From assembly GCF_963921235.1 (NCBI RefSeq), contig NC_086097.1, positions 165,294,001 through 165,358,000 of the forward strand: a stretch of 64,000 nucleotides of DNA, read 5' to 3'. Shown piece by piece: positions 39,043 through 51,507 of this stretch. The notes beneath the pieces were generated by a model, which saw nothing but the letters and a program-made list of their open reading frames with translations, was not told the DNA's origin and did not search any database. Both the position numbers and the translations under genes were made by a program. The DNA is from Mobula hypostoma (lineage: Eukaryota). Each line of letters starts with the position of its first letter. Position 1 is the first letter of the stretch.

Positions 39043-40674
39043 CAGTGGCATGCAAAAGTTTGGACATCCCTGGTCAAAATCCCTGTTACTGTGAATAGCT
39101 AAGCGTGTAAAAGATGACCTGATTTCCAAAAGGCATAAAGTTAAAGATGACACATTTCTTTAATATTTCAAGCAAGATTACTTTTTTATTTCCATCTCTT
39201 ACAGTTTCAAAATAACAAAAAAGGAAAAGGGCCCGAAGCAAAAGTTTGGGCACCCTGCATGGTCAGTACTTAGTAACACCCCCTTTGGCAAGTATCACAG
39301 CTTGTAAACACTTTCTGTAGCCAGCTAAGAGTCTTTCAATTCTTGTTTGGGGGGATTTTCGCCCATTCTTCCTTGCAAAAGGTTTCTAGTTCTGTGAGAT
39401 TCTTGGGCCATCTTGCATGCACTGCTCTTTTGCAGTCTATCCACAGATTCTCGATGATGTTTAGGTCAGGGGACTGTGAGGGCCATGGCAAAACCTTCAG
39501 CTTGCGCCTCTTGAGGTAGTCCATTGTGGATTGTGAGGTGTGTTTAGGATCATTATCCTGTTGTAGAAGCAATCCTCTTTTCATTTCATCTTCAGCTTTT
39601 TTACAGATGGTGTGATGTTTGCTTCCAGAATTTGCTGGTGTTTAATTGAATTCATTCTTCCCTCTACCAGTGAAATGTTCCCCGTGCCACTGGCTGCAAC
39701 ACAAGCCTAAAGCATGATCGATCCACCCCCGTGTGCTTAACAGTTGGAGAGGTGTTCTTTTCATGAAATTCTGCACCCTTTTTTCTCCAAACATACCTTT
39801 GCTCATTGCGGACAAAAAGTTCTATTTTAACTTCATCAGTCCACAGGACTTGTTTCCAAAATGCATCAGGCTTGTTTAGATGTTCCCTTGCAAAGTTCTG
39901 ACGCTGAATTTTGTGGTGAGGACGCAGGAAAGGTTTTCTTCTGATGACTCTTCCATAAAAGTCCTATTTGTTCAGGTGTCGCTGCACACTAGAACAGTGC
40001 ACCACCACTCCAGAGTCTGCTAAATCTTCCTGAAGATCTTTTGCAGTCAAACGGGGGTTTTGATTTGCCTTTCTAGCAATCCTACGAGCAGTTCTCTCGG
40101 AAAGTTTTCTTGGTCTTCCAGACCTCAACTTGACCTCCACCGTTCCTGTTAACTGCCATTTCTTAATGACATCACAAACTGAGGAAAGGACTACCTGAAA
40201 ACGCTTTGCTATCTTCTTATAGCCTTCTCCTGCTTTGTGGGCATCATTTATTTTAATTTTCAGAGTGCTAGACAGCTGCTTAGAGGAGCCCATGGCTGCT
40301 GATTGTTGGGACAAAGTTTGAGGAGTCAGGGTATTTATAAAGCTTTGAAATTTGCATCACCTGGCCTTTTCTAATGATGATTGTGAAAAAGCTGTAGCCT
40401 TAACAAGCTGATTAAGGTCTGAGACCTTGGTAAAAGTTATGAGAGCTCACATCTCTTGGGATGCCCAAACTTTTGCACGGTGCTCCTTTCCTTTTTTTTT
40501 TCACTCTAAAATTGTACAAAACAAAAATAATACACTAATCTTGCTTAAAATGTTGAAAAGAATGTTTCATCTTTAACTTTATGACTTTTGGAGATCAGTT
40601 CATCTTCTACTCACTTAACTATTCACAGTAACAGAAATTTTGACCAAAGATGCCCAAACTTTTGCATGCCACTG
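39043..40674 (-). mobile_element. Full-length Tc1-like transposon with long IR/DR-type TIRs; transposase inactivated
   Basis: TA|CAGTGGCATGCAAAAGTTTGG ... TTTTGCATGCCACTG|TA; HTH GEGYKKIAKRF...SGRPRKLS and catalytic LQQDNDPKHTS...WPSQSPDLNIIENLW. Confidence 0.95.
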
Positions 40675-40923
40675 TATATGTATATCTAAGGGACTGAATT
40701 GAGATGTTCAGCATGGCTTTGTGCGTGATAGGTCATGTCTAACTACTCTTAGTGAGTTTAAAGCAGTGGGTGTTGTCTACATGGATTTTATCAAGGCCTT
40801 TGACAAAGTCCTGCATGGGAGGTTGGTCAAAAAGGTTCAGTCACTTAGCATTCAAGATGAGGTAGTAAATTGGATTATACATTGGCTTTGCGGGAGAAGC
40901 AGGAGAGTGATAATAGATGCTTG

Positions 40924-41284
40924 GCAGCAGTTACAGTTGACGTTTTGAGCCGAGACCCTTCGTCAGGACTAACTGAAAGAAGAGATAGTAAGAAATTTGA
41001 AAGGGGGAGGGGGAGATCCGAAATGATAGGAGAAGACAGGAGGGGGAGGGAGGGAGCTAAGAGCTGGAAAGTTGATTGGCAAAAGGGATACGAGGCTGGA
41101 GAAGGGAGAGGATCATGGGATGGGAAGCCTAGGGAGAAAGAAAGGGGGCGGGGAGCCCAGAGGATGGAGAGCAGGCAAGGAGTTATAGTGAGAGGGACAG
41201 AGGGAGAAAAAAGAGAGAGGGAAAAGGGGGGGGGGGTAAATAAATAAGTAAGGTGCAGCATATGAAGATTTCCTCGTGTTTGCG
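40924..41284 (-). mobile_element. Penelope pseudo-LTR insertion with hammerhead motif and inverted tail
   Basis: Minus AGTC-CTGACGA-AGGGTCTCGGCTC-aAAACGTC at 40970-40939; + strand tail gcagcat.tg.agatttcctcgtgtttgc; flanking repeat TAGATGCTTG. Confidence 0.8.
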
Positions 41285-42950
41285 TAGTAGATGCTTGCCT
41301 CTCTGACTTTAGACTTGTGCCTTGTGGTGTGCCACAGGGATTGGTGCTGGTTCAGTTGTTTGTTATCTATATCAACAATCTGGATGATAATTTGTTAAAT
41401 TAGATGAGCAGATTTACCGATGACACCAAAATGGGGGGTGCAGTGGAGAGTGAGGTAGACTATCAAAGCTTGGAGCGGCATTCAGACCAGCTGGAAAAAT
41501 GGGCTGAAAAATCCAGATGAATTTTAATGCAGACAAGTGCGAGGTATTGCACTTTGGGAGGACAAACCAGGATAGGACTTAAGACGGTGAGCTGTAGGGC
41601 ACTGAGGAGGGTGGTAGAACAGAGGGATCTGGGATAATTAATTGAAAATGGTGTCACAGGTATATAGGGCCATAAAGAAAGCTTTTGGTACATTGACCTT
41701 CATAAGTTAAAGTTTTTAGTACAAAAGATGCAATGTTATGCTGAAGTCGTATAAGATGTTGCTGAGGCCTACTTGGAGTATTGTGTGCTGTTTTAGTCAC
41801 CTACCTCCAGGAAAGATGGCAATAAGATTGTATGAATGCAAAGTACATTAACAAGGATGTTTCCAGGACTTGAGGACCTGAGTTATAAGGAGAGGTTGAA
41901 TAGGTTAGGATTTTATTCTCTTGAGTATAGAAGATTGAGAGGAGATTTGATGGAGGTCTACAGAGTTATAAGAGGTTATAGATTGGACAAATGCAAGCAG
42001 GCTTTTTCCACTGAGGTTGGGTGAGATTAGAACTAGAGATTATGGGTTCAGGGTGAAAGGTTTAACTGTGTTCTTCAGCATTCCAATCAATTTTTGTAAA
42101 TTATCAGCTCCTTCCTTGGCAAATGAGTGCTATAACAACTTCTAATTGCAAGTTCTTAATACCACCTATGCAAAACAAGCTTTTCACTGTATCTTAGTAC
42201 CCTTGACAATAATAACCAACACCAATAATCTGAATGAATGACTGCTAATCCAGTTAACTGTCCAGCCTCTGCACAGAATACAGTTTTTAAACCAATTAAT
42301 TGAAACACTGAGTTGTCAAAGAGCTATGCATATCGCCGACTCTGTTCTGAGCCATTTATTTTGCTACAATCTCTTCTAAGTACCATTCCAATCCATTGAG
42401 TTCCATATTAGGCTATTGGAGAGAAGCATTATGTTCATCAAGCCTCTATTTCAACAGAAAGCATCTTTGTGAGTTCTACTAGTCATTACCATGATATGTG
42501 TCACAGCACAATCATTTTAGTAAGTTTGGTGAGTGAGACTATGATGAAAGTAAAACTATAGCAGTGAATCATTTGTTACTGGATTTTGAGCATCATAAGG
42601 TTAGAACTGTCATTGTAGCAATGTGTACCGGTTGTGTAGCTTACTGGGAAAACATCGTGATAGTATCTCAACCCACAGTAGATTTAACTGTCTGACTTTT
42701 GTTTTGACTGCATCATCCACAGAGCTGAATTTCCATTTCTTTCAGCTTAAATGACCACCACTGAATATACCACCATTCACTTAAATATTCCTCCATATTT
42801 CAGACCCAATCATCTATTCAGATTGTAATAGTCATGCATCATGGAGTAAAGACGTAGAGCATCCTTCAGTAATAATTTTACTCCTTTCAGCAATATTGCG
42901 GAAGCCTATTTATGAGCAAAAATGGGACAGTCCATTGGATGCTGTCTTTC

Positions 42951-43109
42951 CACAAATGAGAAAATCTACAGATGCCGGAAGTCCAAGCAACACACACAAA
43001 ATGCTGGAGGAACTCAACAGGCCAGGCAGCATCTATGAAAAAGAGTACAGTTGATCTTTTTGGCCGGAACTACCCAGCCTGCTGAGTTTCTCCAACATTT
43101 TGTGTGTGA
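42951..43109. mobile_element. 159-bp fold-back Penelope pseudo-LTR mini-insertion
   Basis: 13-bp TSD GATGCTGTCTTTC (42938-50, 43110-22); cacacacaaaatgctggaggaactcaacaggc is inverted against gcctgctgagtttctccaacattttgtgtgtg. Confidence 0.8.
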
Positions 43110-43259
43110 GATGCTGTCTTTCAATTATTTCAGAGATTCTAGTCTTTCATTAGCATTAAACATTTGAATGAGGGATTACAGTAACAGTAAAGAGCAAAAT
43201 TTAAAAAGACATTAACTAGGCTGCGAAGTGCAGGCTACCCAATATTAAAGTAGACTCCT

Positions 43260-43980
43260 CAAAGCCAAAAGTTGGTGGTATTATGGATAGTGTAGAAGAT
43301 TCTCAAAAGATACTGTGTGGGATATCTACCAGGTGCAGTTTAATCTGTAAAGGGAGAGTACACAGTCAAAATGCCAGGACCCTTAGGGTTGATGTACAGA
43401 GGGATCTTGGGGTCCAAGTCCATAGCTCCCTGAAAGTTGCTGCACAAATTGATAAGGTGGTAAAGAAAGCATATGGCACGCTTGTCTTATTGTGGCGCTG
43501 ACTTTGAATCAGTAACATGTTGCAGCTTTATAAAACTGGTTAAGCTATGTCTGGAGCATGAAATTCCCTTTCAATAGCCTCATATAGAAAGGATGTAGAG
43601 ACTTTGAAGAGGATATGGGTGATGTATACAGCATGTTGCTTGGATTCGAGGGCATGAGCGTGAGGTTGGACAAATTAGGGTTGTTTTCTTTGGAGCATTG
43701 GTAGCTGAGATGGCACCCCATAGAAGTTCATAAAATTATAAAAGGCATTAGCAGAGTAGGCAACCAATATCATTATTTTAGGGTCAAAATGTCAAATATT
43801 AGAGGGCATGCATTTAGTGTAAGAGGAGGAGTTTCAAAGGAAGTCTGCAGAGCAGGCTTTTAAAAAATAATAATCAGTGATGGATGTCTTGAAATCACTG
43901 CATGGGTAGTGGTGGAAGCAGATGCGATGGGCGTTTAAGAGGCACTTGGATGGGTAATTGGATATGCAAAGAATGCAGAG
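43260..43980 (+). mobile_element. Old CR1 3' fragment
   Basis: VQRDLGVQVHSSLKVAAQIDKVVKKAYG and downstream CR1 3' motifs. Confidence 0.75.
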
Positions 43981-44249
43981 ATTTAATTGAAGAACAAACT
44001 ACTGGAGGAGCTCAGCAGGTTGGGAAGCATCTGAGGAGAGGGATAGTCAATGTTTTACACAGAGACCCTACAGTCTCTTGTCTTCTCTTGGATTTTGCTG
44101 TTGTTTAGAAGTATTGCATCTAATAACGTAGGGTGTACTCCTTTTCCAACCTTACTGTTATTCTTCATCTTTTTGTAATTGGAGTATGGTGGTAAGCCTT
44201 CTGGAAAGCCCATGAAGTTCAACGTAAATTTAATATCAAAGTGCATATA

Positions 44250-45685
44250 CAGTCGCAAGAAAAAGTTTGAACTCTTCGCAGTTATCTGGTTTTCTGCATT
44301 AATTACTTGTAAAATGTGGTCTGATCTTCATCTAAGTCACAATAGTAGATGAGTGCAATCTTCCTAAATTAATAACACACAAACAATTGTACTTCTTGTC
44401 AATACTGAGTACACCATTTAAACAAACACAGTCTAGGTTCAAAAATGTATGTGAACCTCTGGGGCAATACCTTCTACAATCGCTATTTGAAGTCAGGTGT
44501 TCTAATCAATGAAATGAGATTGGACGTGTGGGTTGTAGAGGTGCCCTGCCCTCTATTTAAAAAGAAAGACACAAGTCAGGTTGCAGACAGAGCCTGTTCT
44601 TCTCAAGAAAGATCAGTTTATGTGCACCATGCCTTGATCAAAACAATTGTTAGAGGACCTTAGGAGAATTGTAGAGATGCATGAAGCTGGAAAACGCTAC
44701 AGAAGCATTTCTAAAGATCTGAGTGTTCATCAGTCTATAGCAAGAGAAACTATCTACAAAGTCAGTACTTTTGCTGATCTCCCTAGGAGTGGGCATCCTG
44801 TAAAGGTCACACCAAGAGCACAATGTGCAATGCTGAAGGAGGTGAAAAAGAAGCTAAGGATAACAGTAAAAGACCTGCAGAAATCTTTAGAACTTGCTAA
44901 AGTCTCTGTTCACGTGTCTGCTATAAGAAAAAGACTGAACAAGAGCAGTGTTCATGGAAGGACACCTCGGAGGAAACCACTGCTTTTCAAAAAAAATCCT
45001 GCACATCTCAAGTTTTCAAAAGACCACCTAGATGTTCCAGAACGCTTCTGGGACAGTGTTCTGTGGTTAGATGAGACAAAAGCTGAACTTTTTGACAGAA
45101 ACGCACACTGCTATGTTTGGAGGAAAAAGGGCACTGTTCTCCAACACCAAAGCCTCATCCCAGGTGTGAAACGTGATGGAATGAGCATCATGGTTTGGGA
45201 TTGCTTTGCTGCATCAGGGCCAGGACAGCTTCCAATCATTGAGGGAACAATAAATTCAAAATTGTATCAGAACATTTTATAGGAAAATGTCAGGGTAGTG
45301 GTCCATCACCTGAAGTTTAGTAAAATTTGGATGATTCAACAAGACTATTATCCAAAACACAAGTGTAAATCAACAATAGAATGGTTTAAAAAGAAGAAAA
45401 TTTGTGTTTTGGAATGACTAAGTCAGAGTCCGGACCTTAACCCAATTGAGATGCTGTGGAATGACCTGAAGAGGGCTGTTCGTGCAAGGTATCCCAGAAA
45501 TATTGATAAACTGAAAGAGTTTTGTATGGCGAAGTTGTCAAATATTCTTCCTCTCTGTTGTGCAAATCTGATCGGCAGCTACAGGAAATGTTATTGGTTC
45601 TATCAGTTATTAAATACAAGGGTTCACATTTATTTTCCAGCCTGGACTGTGAATGATTAAACAATGTGTTCAATAAAGATATGAA
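44250..45685 (+). mobile_element. Tc1-like transposon (second family), right end missing, transposase inactivated
   Basis: TA|CAGTCGCAAGAAAAAGTTTG; ORF 44647-45282 MHEAGKRYRSISKDL...VLWLDETKAELF...IMVWDCFAASGPG; downstream QQD..PKH and SPDLNPIEMLW. Confidence 0.9.
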
Positions 45686-46640
45686 ATAACAGAATCAATA
45701 AATGACTGCCCAAATTGGACATTTAACCAAAGTGCAGAAGACAACAAACTGTGCAAATACAAAAATAAATAAATAATAAATATTGGGAACATGAAGTGTC
45801 CTTGAAAGTGGGTCCATTGGTTGTAGGAACATTTCAATGACAGGGCAAGTGAACTTATCCCCTTTGGTTCAAGAGCTTGATGGTTGAGGGATAATAATTG
45901 TTCCTGAACCCCGTGGTATGAGTCCTGAGGCTCCTGTACCTTCTTAATGAGGGCAGCAGTGAGAAGAGAGTATGGCCTAGATGCTGGGGATATCTGGTGA
46001 TGGATACAGCATTTCGTGTAGATGTGATCAATGATGGAAAGGGTTTTACCAGTAATAGACTGGGCCATATTCATTACTTTTTGTAGGATTTCCAGTTCAA
46101 GGGAGTTGGTGTTCCTATACCAGACTCTGATGCAGCCAGTTACTATATTCTCTATTACACATCTATAGATGTTTGTCGAAGTTTAGATGTCAAGCTGAAT
46201 CTCTGCAAACTCCTAAGGAAGTAAAGGTGCTGCCATGCTTACTTTGTAATTGCATATGTGCTGGGCCCAGAACAAGTCCTCCAAAATAATAACACTGAGG
46301 AACTTAAAGTTGCTAATCACACCACTTCTGATCCTCTGATGAGGACTGGCTCATGGAACTCTGATTTCCTTCTGCTGAAGTCAATAATCAGCTCCTTGGT
46401 CTTGCTGACATTGAGTAAGAGGTTGTTGTTATGACATGTCTCCGCCAGATTTTCAGTCTCCCTCCTATATGCTCATTCATCACTACCTTTGATTTGGCCT
46501 ACTACGGTGGTATTGTCAGCAAACTTGAATATGCATTGGAGCTGTGCTTAGCCACACAGTCAAGCAAGTAGAGCAGGGGGTTAAGCACACAGCCTGTGGT
46601 GCACCTTTGCTGATGGAGAACATGGAGGAGATATTATTGC
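45686..46640 (-). mobile_element. L2/Rex1-like LINE 3' fragment
   Basis: Minus-strand GAPQ.VL.P, KFADNTTVVG, NVSKTKELIIDF-like decayed RT sequence and 3' UTR. Confidence 0.75.
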
Positions 46641-49164
46641 CGATTCTATAATGATAAATAGCTCAAGAATTCCATGGCAAGTGTGTGTGATTAGTCCTTT
46701 TGAACATTGTTCTATTTACATGAATCTATAAAAGTCATTAATTTAATGAGGTGTAGGGAAGTGAGGAAGGGACAAATGATGCGCCTAGTAACATGGGCCT
46801 AAGTTGTCCTAGTTTCTATTAGGAAGATTCACCAATCCGGTGAAATTATGACAGTCTTTCTATCTGCTGTAATATGTAAAAGATGATCTTAGAATGAATG
46901 AGAATTATTCTAAAAATAAAACGTTTGCAAATATTTTGCTGAAACAGCATAATAGAAAGACATTAAGATGTTAACCCAGATATTGCTGGCCTGGGAAATG
47001 TATATGAAACTTGTATTGTGCAGTGAGCCAATGAACTCTTCATTCTGAGGGCACACTGCCACAAAATTCTTTCATGCACGAGACCTGTGGAGAAAATGGT
47101 GAAACGCAATTAAATGATAGTGTGGGAAGGGAACTGAAACTCTTGGTTAAATTATTAGTCAGTAGTGAAGCATTGGAGCTTCAAAGATTATCAAGAACGT
47201 TTAGGATTGGGGAGAAAGGGCAGGGGAGAAATGTGGTGCTGCCATATAGGTGATCAAGTGCACAATTGACTGCTGGATGTAATGTATAGACAAGTTCAAT
47301 ATTGAGATCTGTGAACATTGGGATTATGATTAGCTGCTTGTAGAACTGGTATCAAGACAGGTTGAGTGAGTTGGGGGATTTTGGGGGAGGACCATTATCA
47401 GAGTTTTTAACTGTAAAATTTCTTTGGAAGCTGAAATTAACTTTTTTATTGTCACATGTACTGAGATATGGTGAAAAGCTTATCTTGCATGCTGTTCATA
47501 CAGATTAATTCATTACACAGTGCATTGAGTACAAGGTAGAACAACCAGAATGCATAATAAAGTGTTACAGCTGCAGAGACAGTACAGTCGGGTGACCAAT
47601 AAAGGTGCAAGATTATAACAAGGTAGATTTTGAGGTCGAGTCCATCTTAGTATACTACAGAACCGTTTAATAGTCTTACAACAGTAGGGTCAAACTGTTC
47701 TTGGACCTAGTGGTATGTGCTTTCAGGTTTTTTGTATCTTATACCTGTTGGAAGAGGGGAGAAAAGAGTATTTGGGGTGGGTGGGCAGTTTATGCTGAGT
47801 GCTTTACTGGGACAGTGAGAAGTATAGACAATGCATGAAGGGAAGGCTGGCCTCTGTGATTTACTGACACTTAATCCAGCACATAATTCTCCATAACTTC
47901 CGCCATCTCCAATGGGATCCCACCACCAAGCACATCTTTCCCTCCCCCAGTTTCTGCTTTTCGCAGGAATCGCTCCCTACGTGACTCCCTTGTCCATTCA
48001 TCTCTCTCCATTGATTTCCCTCCTGGTACTTATCCTTGCTAACAAAGCAAGTGCTACATGTGCCTCTATAGCTCCTCCCTCACTGCCATTCAAGTCCCAC
48101 AACAGTCCTTCCAGATGAGGCGACACTTTACCTGTGAGCCTGTTGGGGTCATCTATTGTATCTGGTGCTCCCAATGTGGTCTTTTGGTATATTGGTGAGA
48201 CCTGACGTAGATTGGGAGACTGCTTCGCCAAACATGTAAAAGCAGAATCTCCCAGTGACCACCCATATTAATTCCACTTTCCGTTCCCATTCCGACATGT
48301 CCATCCATTGCCTCCTCTACTGTCACAATGAGGCCACACTCAGGTTGGAGGAGCAACACCCTGTATTTCTCCAACCTGATGACATGAACATGGATTTATT
48401 GAATTTCCAGTAATCTCCCCCCGCCCCCACCTTCTCTATTCTCCATCCCCTTTCCCTCTCTCAGCTTATCTCCTGCCTGCCTATCGCATCCCTCAGGTGC
48501 TCCTCCCCCTTTTTTCTTTCCTCTGTGACCTTCTGTCCTCTCCTATTAGATTCCCCCTTCACCAGCCCTATATAGTGGCAAGCAAAAGTTTGGGCACCCC
48601 GGTCAAAATTTCTGTTACTGTGAATAGCTAAGCGAGTAAAAGATGACCTGATTTCCAAAAGACATAAAGTTAAAGATGACACATTTCTTTAATGTTTTAA
48701 GCAAGATTGCTTTTTTTATTTGCATCTTTTACAGTTTCAAAATAACAAAAAAGGAAAAGGTCCCAAAGCAAAAGTTTGGGCGCCCTGCATCGTCAGTACT
48801 TAGTAACACCCCCTTTGGCAAGTATCACAGCTTGTAAACACTTTTTGTAGCCAGCTAAGAGTCTTTCAACTCTTGTTTGGGGGACTTTCACCCATTCTTC
48901 CTTGCAAAAGGCTTCTAGTGCTGTGAGATTCTTGGGCCATCTTGCATACACTGCTTTTTTGAGGTCAATCCACAGATTCTCGATGATGTTTAGGTCAGGG
49001 CACTGTGAGGGCCATGGCAAAACCTTCAGCTTGCGCCTCTTGAGGTACTCCATTGTGGATTTTGAGGTGTATTTAGGATCATTATCCTGTTGTAGAAGCA
49101 ATCCTCTCTTCATCGTCAGCTTTTTAACAGATGGTGTGATGTTTGCTTCCAGAATTTGCTGGTA

Positions 49165-50757
49165 CAGGTGTCCCCTGCTTTTCGAACGTTCGCTTTACGA
49201 AACCTCACTGTTCCGAAAGATCTACATTAGTTACCTGTTTTCGCTAACAGAAGGTGTTTTCAGTGTTACGAAAAAAGGCAGCGCGCGCCCCGAGCAGCCA
49301 AGCTCCTCCCCCGGAACTGCATTCTAACCAGCATTGCTTAAACACGTGCCTGTGAGCAGCCGTTAGCAAGAGGAGTTCTAAGGTATCGGAAAAGCCTAAA
49401 AGAGCTCGTAAGGGTGTTACACTTAGCGTAAGACTAGACATAATTAAGTGTTCATGGTGAACGAAGTAAGGACAAAGTGAGTTTGGCTTGTGGAAGTTGA
49501 CAAAGATGATGTTGAAGAGGTTTTGGCATCCCATGACCAAGAACTGATAGATGAAGAGCTGATGCAATTGGAAGAGGAAAGGATAACAATGGAAACTGAA
49601 TGCAATAGCGAATGGACCGAAAGTGAAATCGTCCAGGAACTGAATGTGAAGCAACTGCGTGAGATTTTCGCTGCAATGATTGCAGAAAAGTATGACTTTA
49701 ATTTTGAAAGGGTACGTAGGTTTAGAGCATATTTGCAAGATGGTTTGAGTGCTTACAAAGAACTGTATGATAGAAAAATGCACAAGGCTAAGCAGTCAAG
49801 CAAGCCTTCCACATCAGCCACAGCAGACGACGAACCTCGACCTTCGACATCGAGGCAGGCAGACATAGAAGAAGATGACCTGCCTGCCCTGATGGAAACA
49901 GACGACAATGAGATGACACCCCACTGTCCCACCACCCCAAACCCCAGGCCGCGGACCAATACATTGCTGCAGAGAATGTAGCGGTAGCCGGGATGCACCC
50001 AGCACATCTTTAAGAAAAAAGCCGAAATAAACAAGCTAATTAATTAGGTGCCGTCCGGCACGTAAATGTCGGCCCAGATCAGAGGCGATTGCCGATTGCG
50101 TTGCCTCTGATCTGGGCCGATATTTACGTGCCAGGTGGCACCTAATTAATTAGCTTGTTTATTTCGGCTTTTTTCTTAAAGATGTGCTGGGTGCGTCCCA
50201 GCTACCACTGCACCACTGCATGCTGCGCAGATCGGTATCAGTCGGCGGCCTGGAGGTTGGGGACCACTGCACCACCCCAACCTCCAACGACTCAGCCTAA
50301 CACACCGTCATCAATGTGCTCGGTGCTGTCTTCCCGATTCCAGTAAGTGATACTACACTGTACATACATTATTTCTACTTTATATAGGCTGTATATTTTT
50401 ATGTATTATTTGGTATGATTTGGCAGCTTCATAGCTTAAAGGTTACTGGAGTGAGTGTTTCTGCCGAGAGCGCTTGCCTGAGATTTTGCATGAAAACAGT
50501 GCGGCAATGATTGTAGAGAAGTATTTCTACTTTATATAGGCTGTGTATTTATCATATCATTCCTGCTTTTACTATATGTTACTGTTATTTTAGGTTTTAT
50601 GTGTTATTTGACATGATTTTGTAGGTTATTTTTTGGGTCTGCGAACACTCACAAATTTTTCCCATATAAATGGTAATTGCTTCTTCACTTTATGACTTTC
50701 TGGCTTACAAACCATTTCATAGGAACGCTCTACCTTCGGATGGCAGGGGGAAACCTG
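49165..50757 (+). mobile_element. Tigger/pogo non-autonomous element, copy 4 (both ends)
   Basis: TA|CAGGTGTCCCCTGC ... GGGGGAAACCTG|TA; ORF 49490-49981 transposase C-terminal remnant; internal palindrome 49981-50209. Confidence 0.93.
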
Positions 50758-51128
50758 TATTTAATTGAATTCATCTTCCCTCTACCAGTGAAATGTTCCC
50801 CATGCCCCGGGCTGCAACACAAGCCCAAAGCATGATCGATCCACCCCCGTGCTTAACAGTTGGAGAGGGGTTCTTTTCATGAAATTCTGCACCCTTTTTT
50901 CTCCAAACATACCTTTGCTCATTGCGGTCAAAATTCAGCATCAGAAGTTTGCAAAGGAACATCTAAACAAGCCTGATGCACTTTGGAAACAAGTCCTGTG
51001 GACTGATGAAGTTAAAATAGAACTTTTTGGCCGCAATGAGCAAAGGTATGTTTGGAGAAAAGAGGGTGCAAAATTTCATGAAAAGGACACCTCTGTAAAA
51101 AAAAAAAAGCTGAGGGTGAAAAGAGGAT

Positions 51129-51507
51129 AGAAACATAGAAACATAGAAAATAGGTGCAGGAGTAGGCCATTCGGCCCTTCGAGCCTGCACCGCCATTTAT
51201 TATGATCATGGCTGATCATCCAACTCAGAACCCAGCCTTCCCTCCATACCCCCTGACCCCTGTAGCCACAAGGGCCATATCTAACTTCCTTTTAAACATA
51301 GCTAATGAACTGGCCTCAACAGTTTGCTGTGGCAGAGAATTCCACAGATTCACCACTCTCTGTGTGAAGAAGTTTTTCCTAACCTCGGTCCTAAAAGGCT
51401 TCCCCTCTATCCTCAAACTGTGACCCCTCGTTCTAGACCTCCCCAACATCGGGAACAATCTTCCTGCATCTAGCCTGTCCAATCCCTTTAGGATCTTATA
51501 CGTTTCA
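51129..51507 (-). mobile_element. Young CR1 3' fragment
   Basis: (agaaacat)n tail; ETYKILKGLDRLD...RKNFFTQRVVNLWNSLP. Confidence 0.9.

Larger units (their letters stand above)
31290..42062 (+). mobile_element. Host CR1 LINE ORF2 (+) in four pieces: 31290-31610, 38787-39040, 40677-40923, 41285-42062
   Basis: Colinear CR1 ORF2 pieces (ENPEGFYRYIKSKR; VDKSPGPD...WRIANVVPL; VYMDFIKAFDKVLHGRL; SYKERLNRLGFYSLEYRRLRGDL) separated by later insertions. Confidence 0.85.

Noticed and set aside
49490..49981. Repeated acidic ORF (also 3063-3359, 23660-23929) as a gene family
   Set aside because: C-terminal remnant of a pogo/Tigger transposase inside TA-flanked TIR elements; broken differently in each copy
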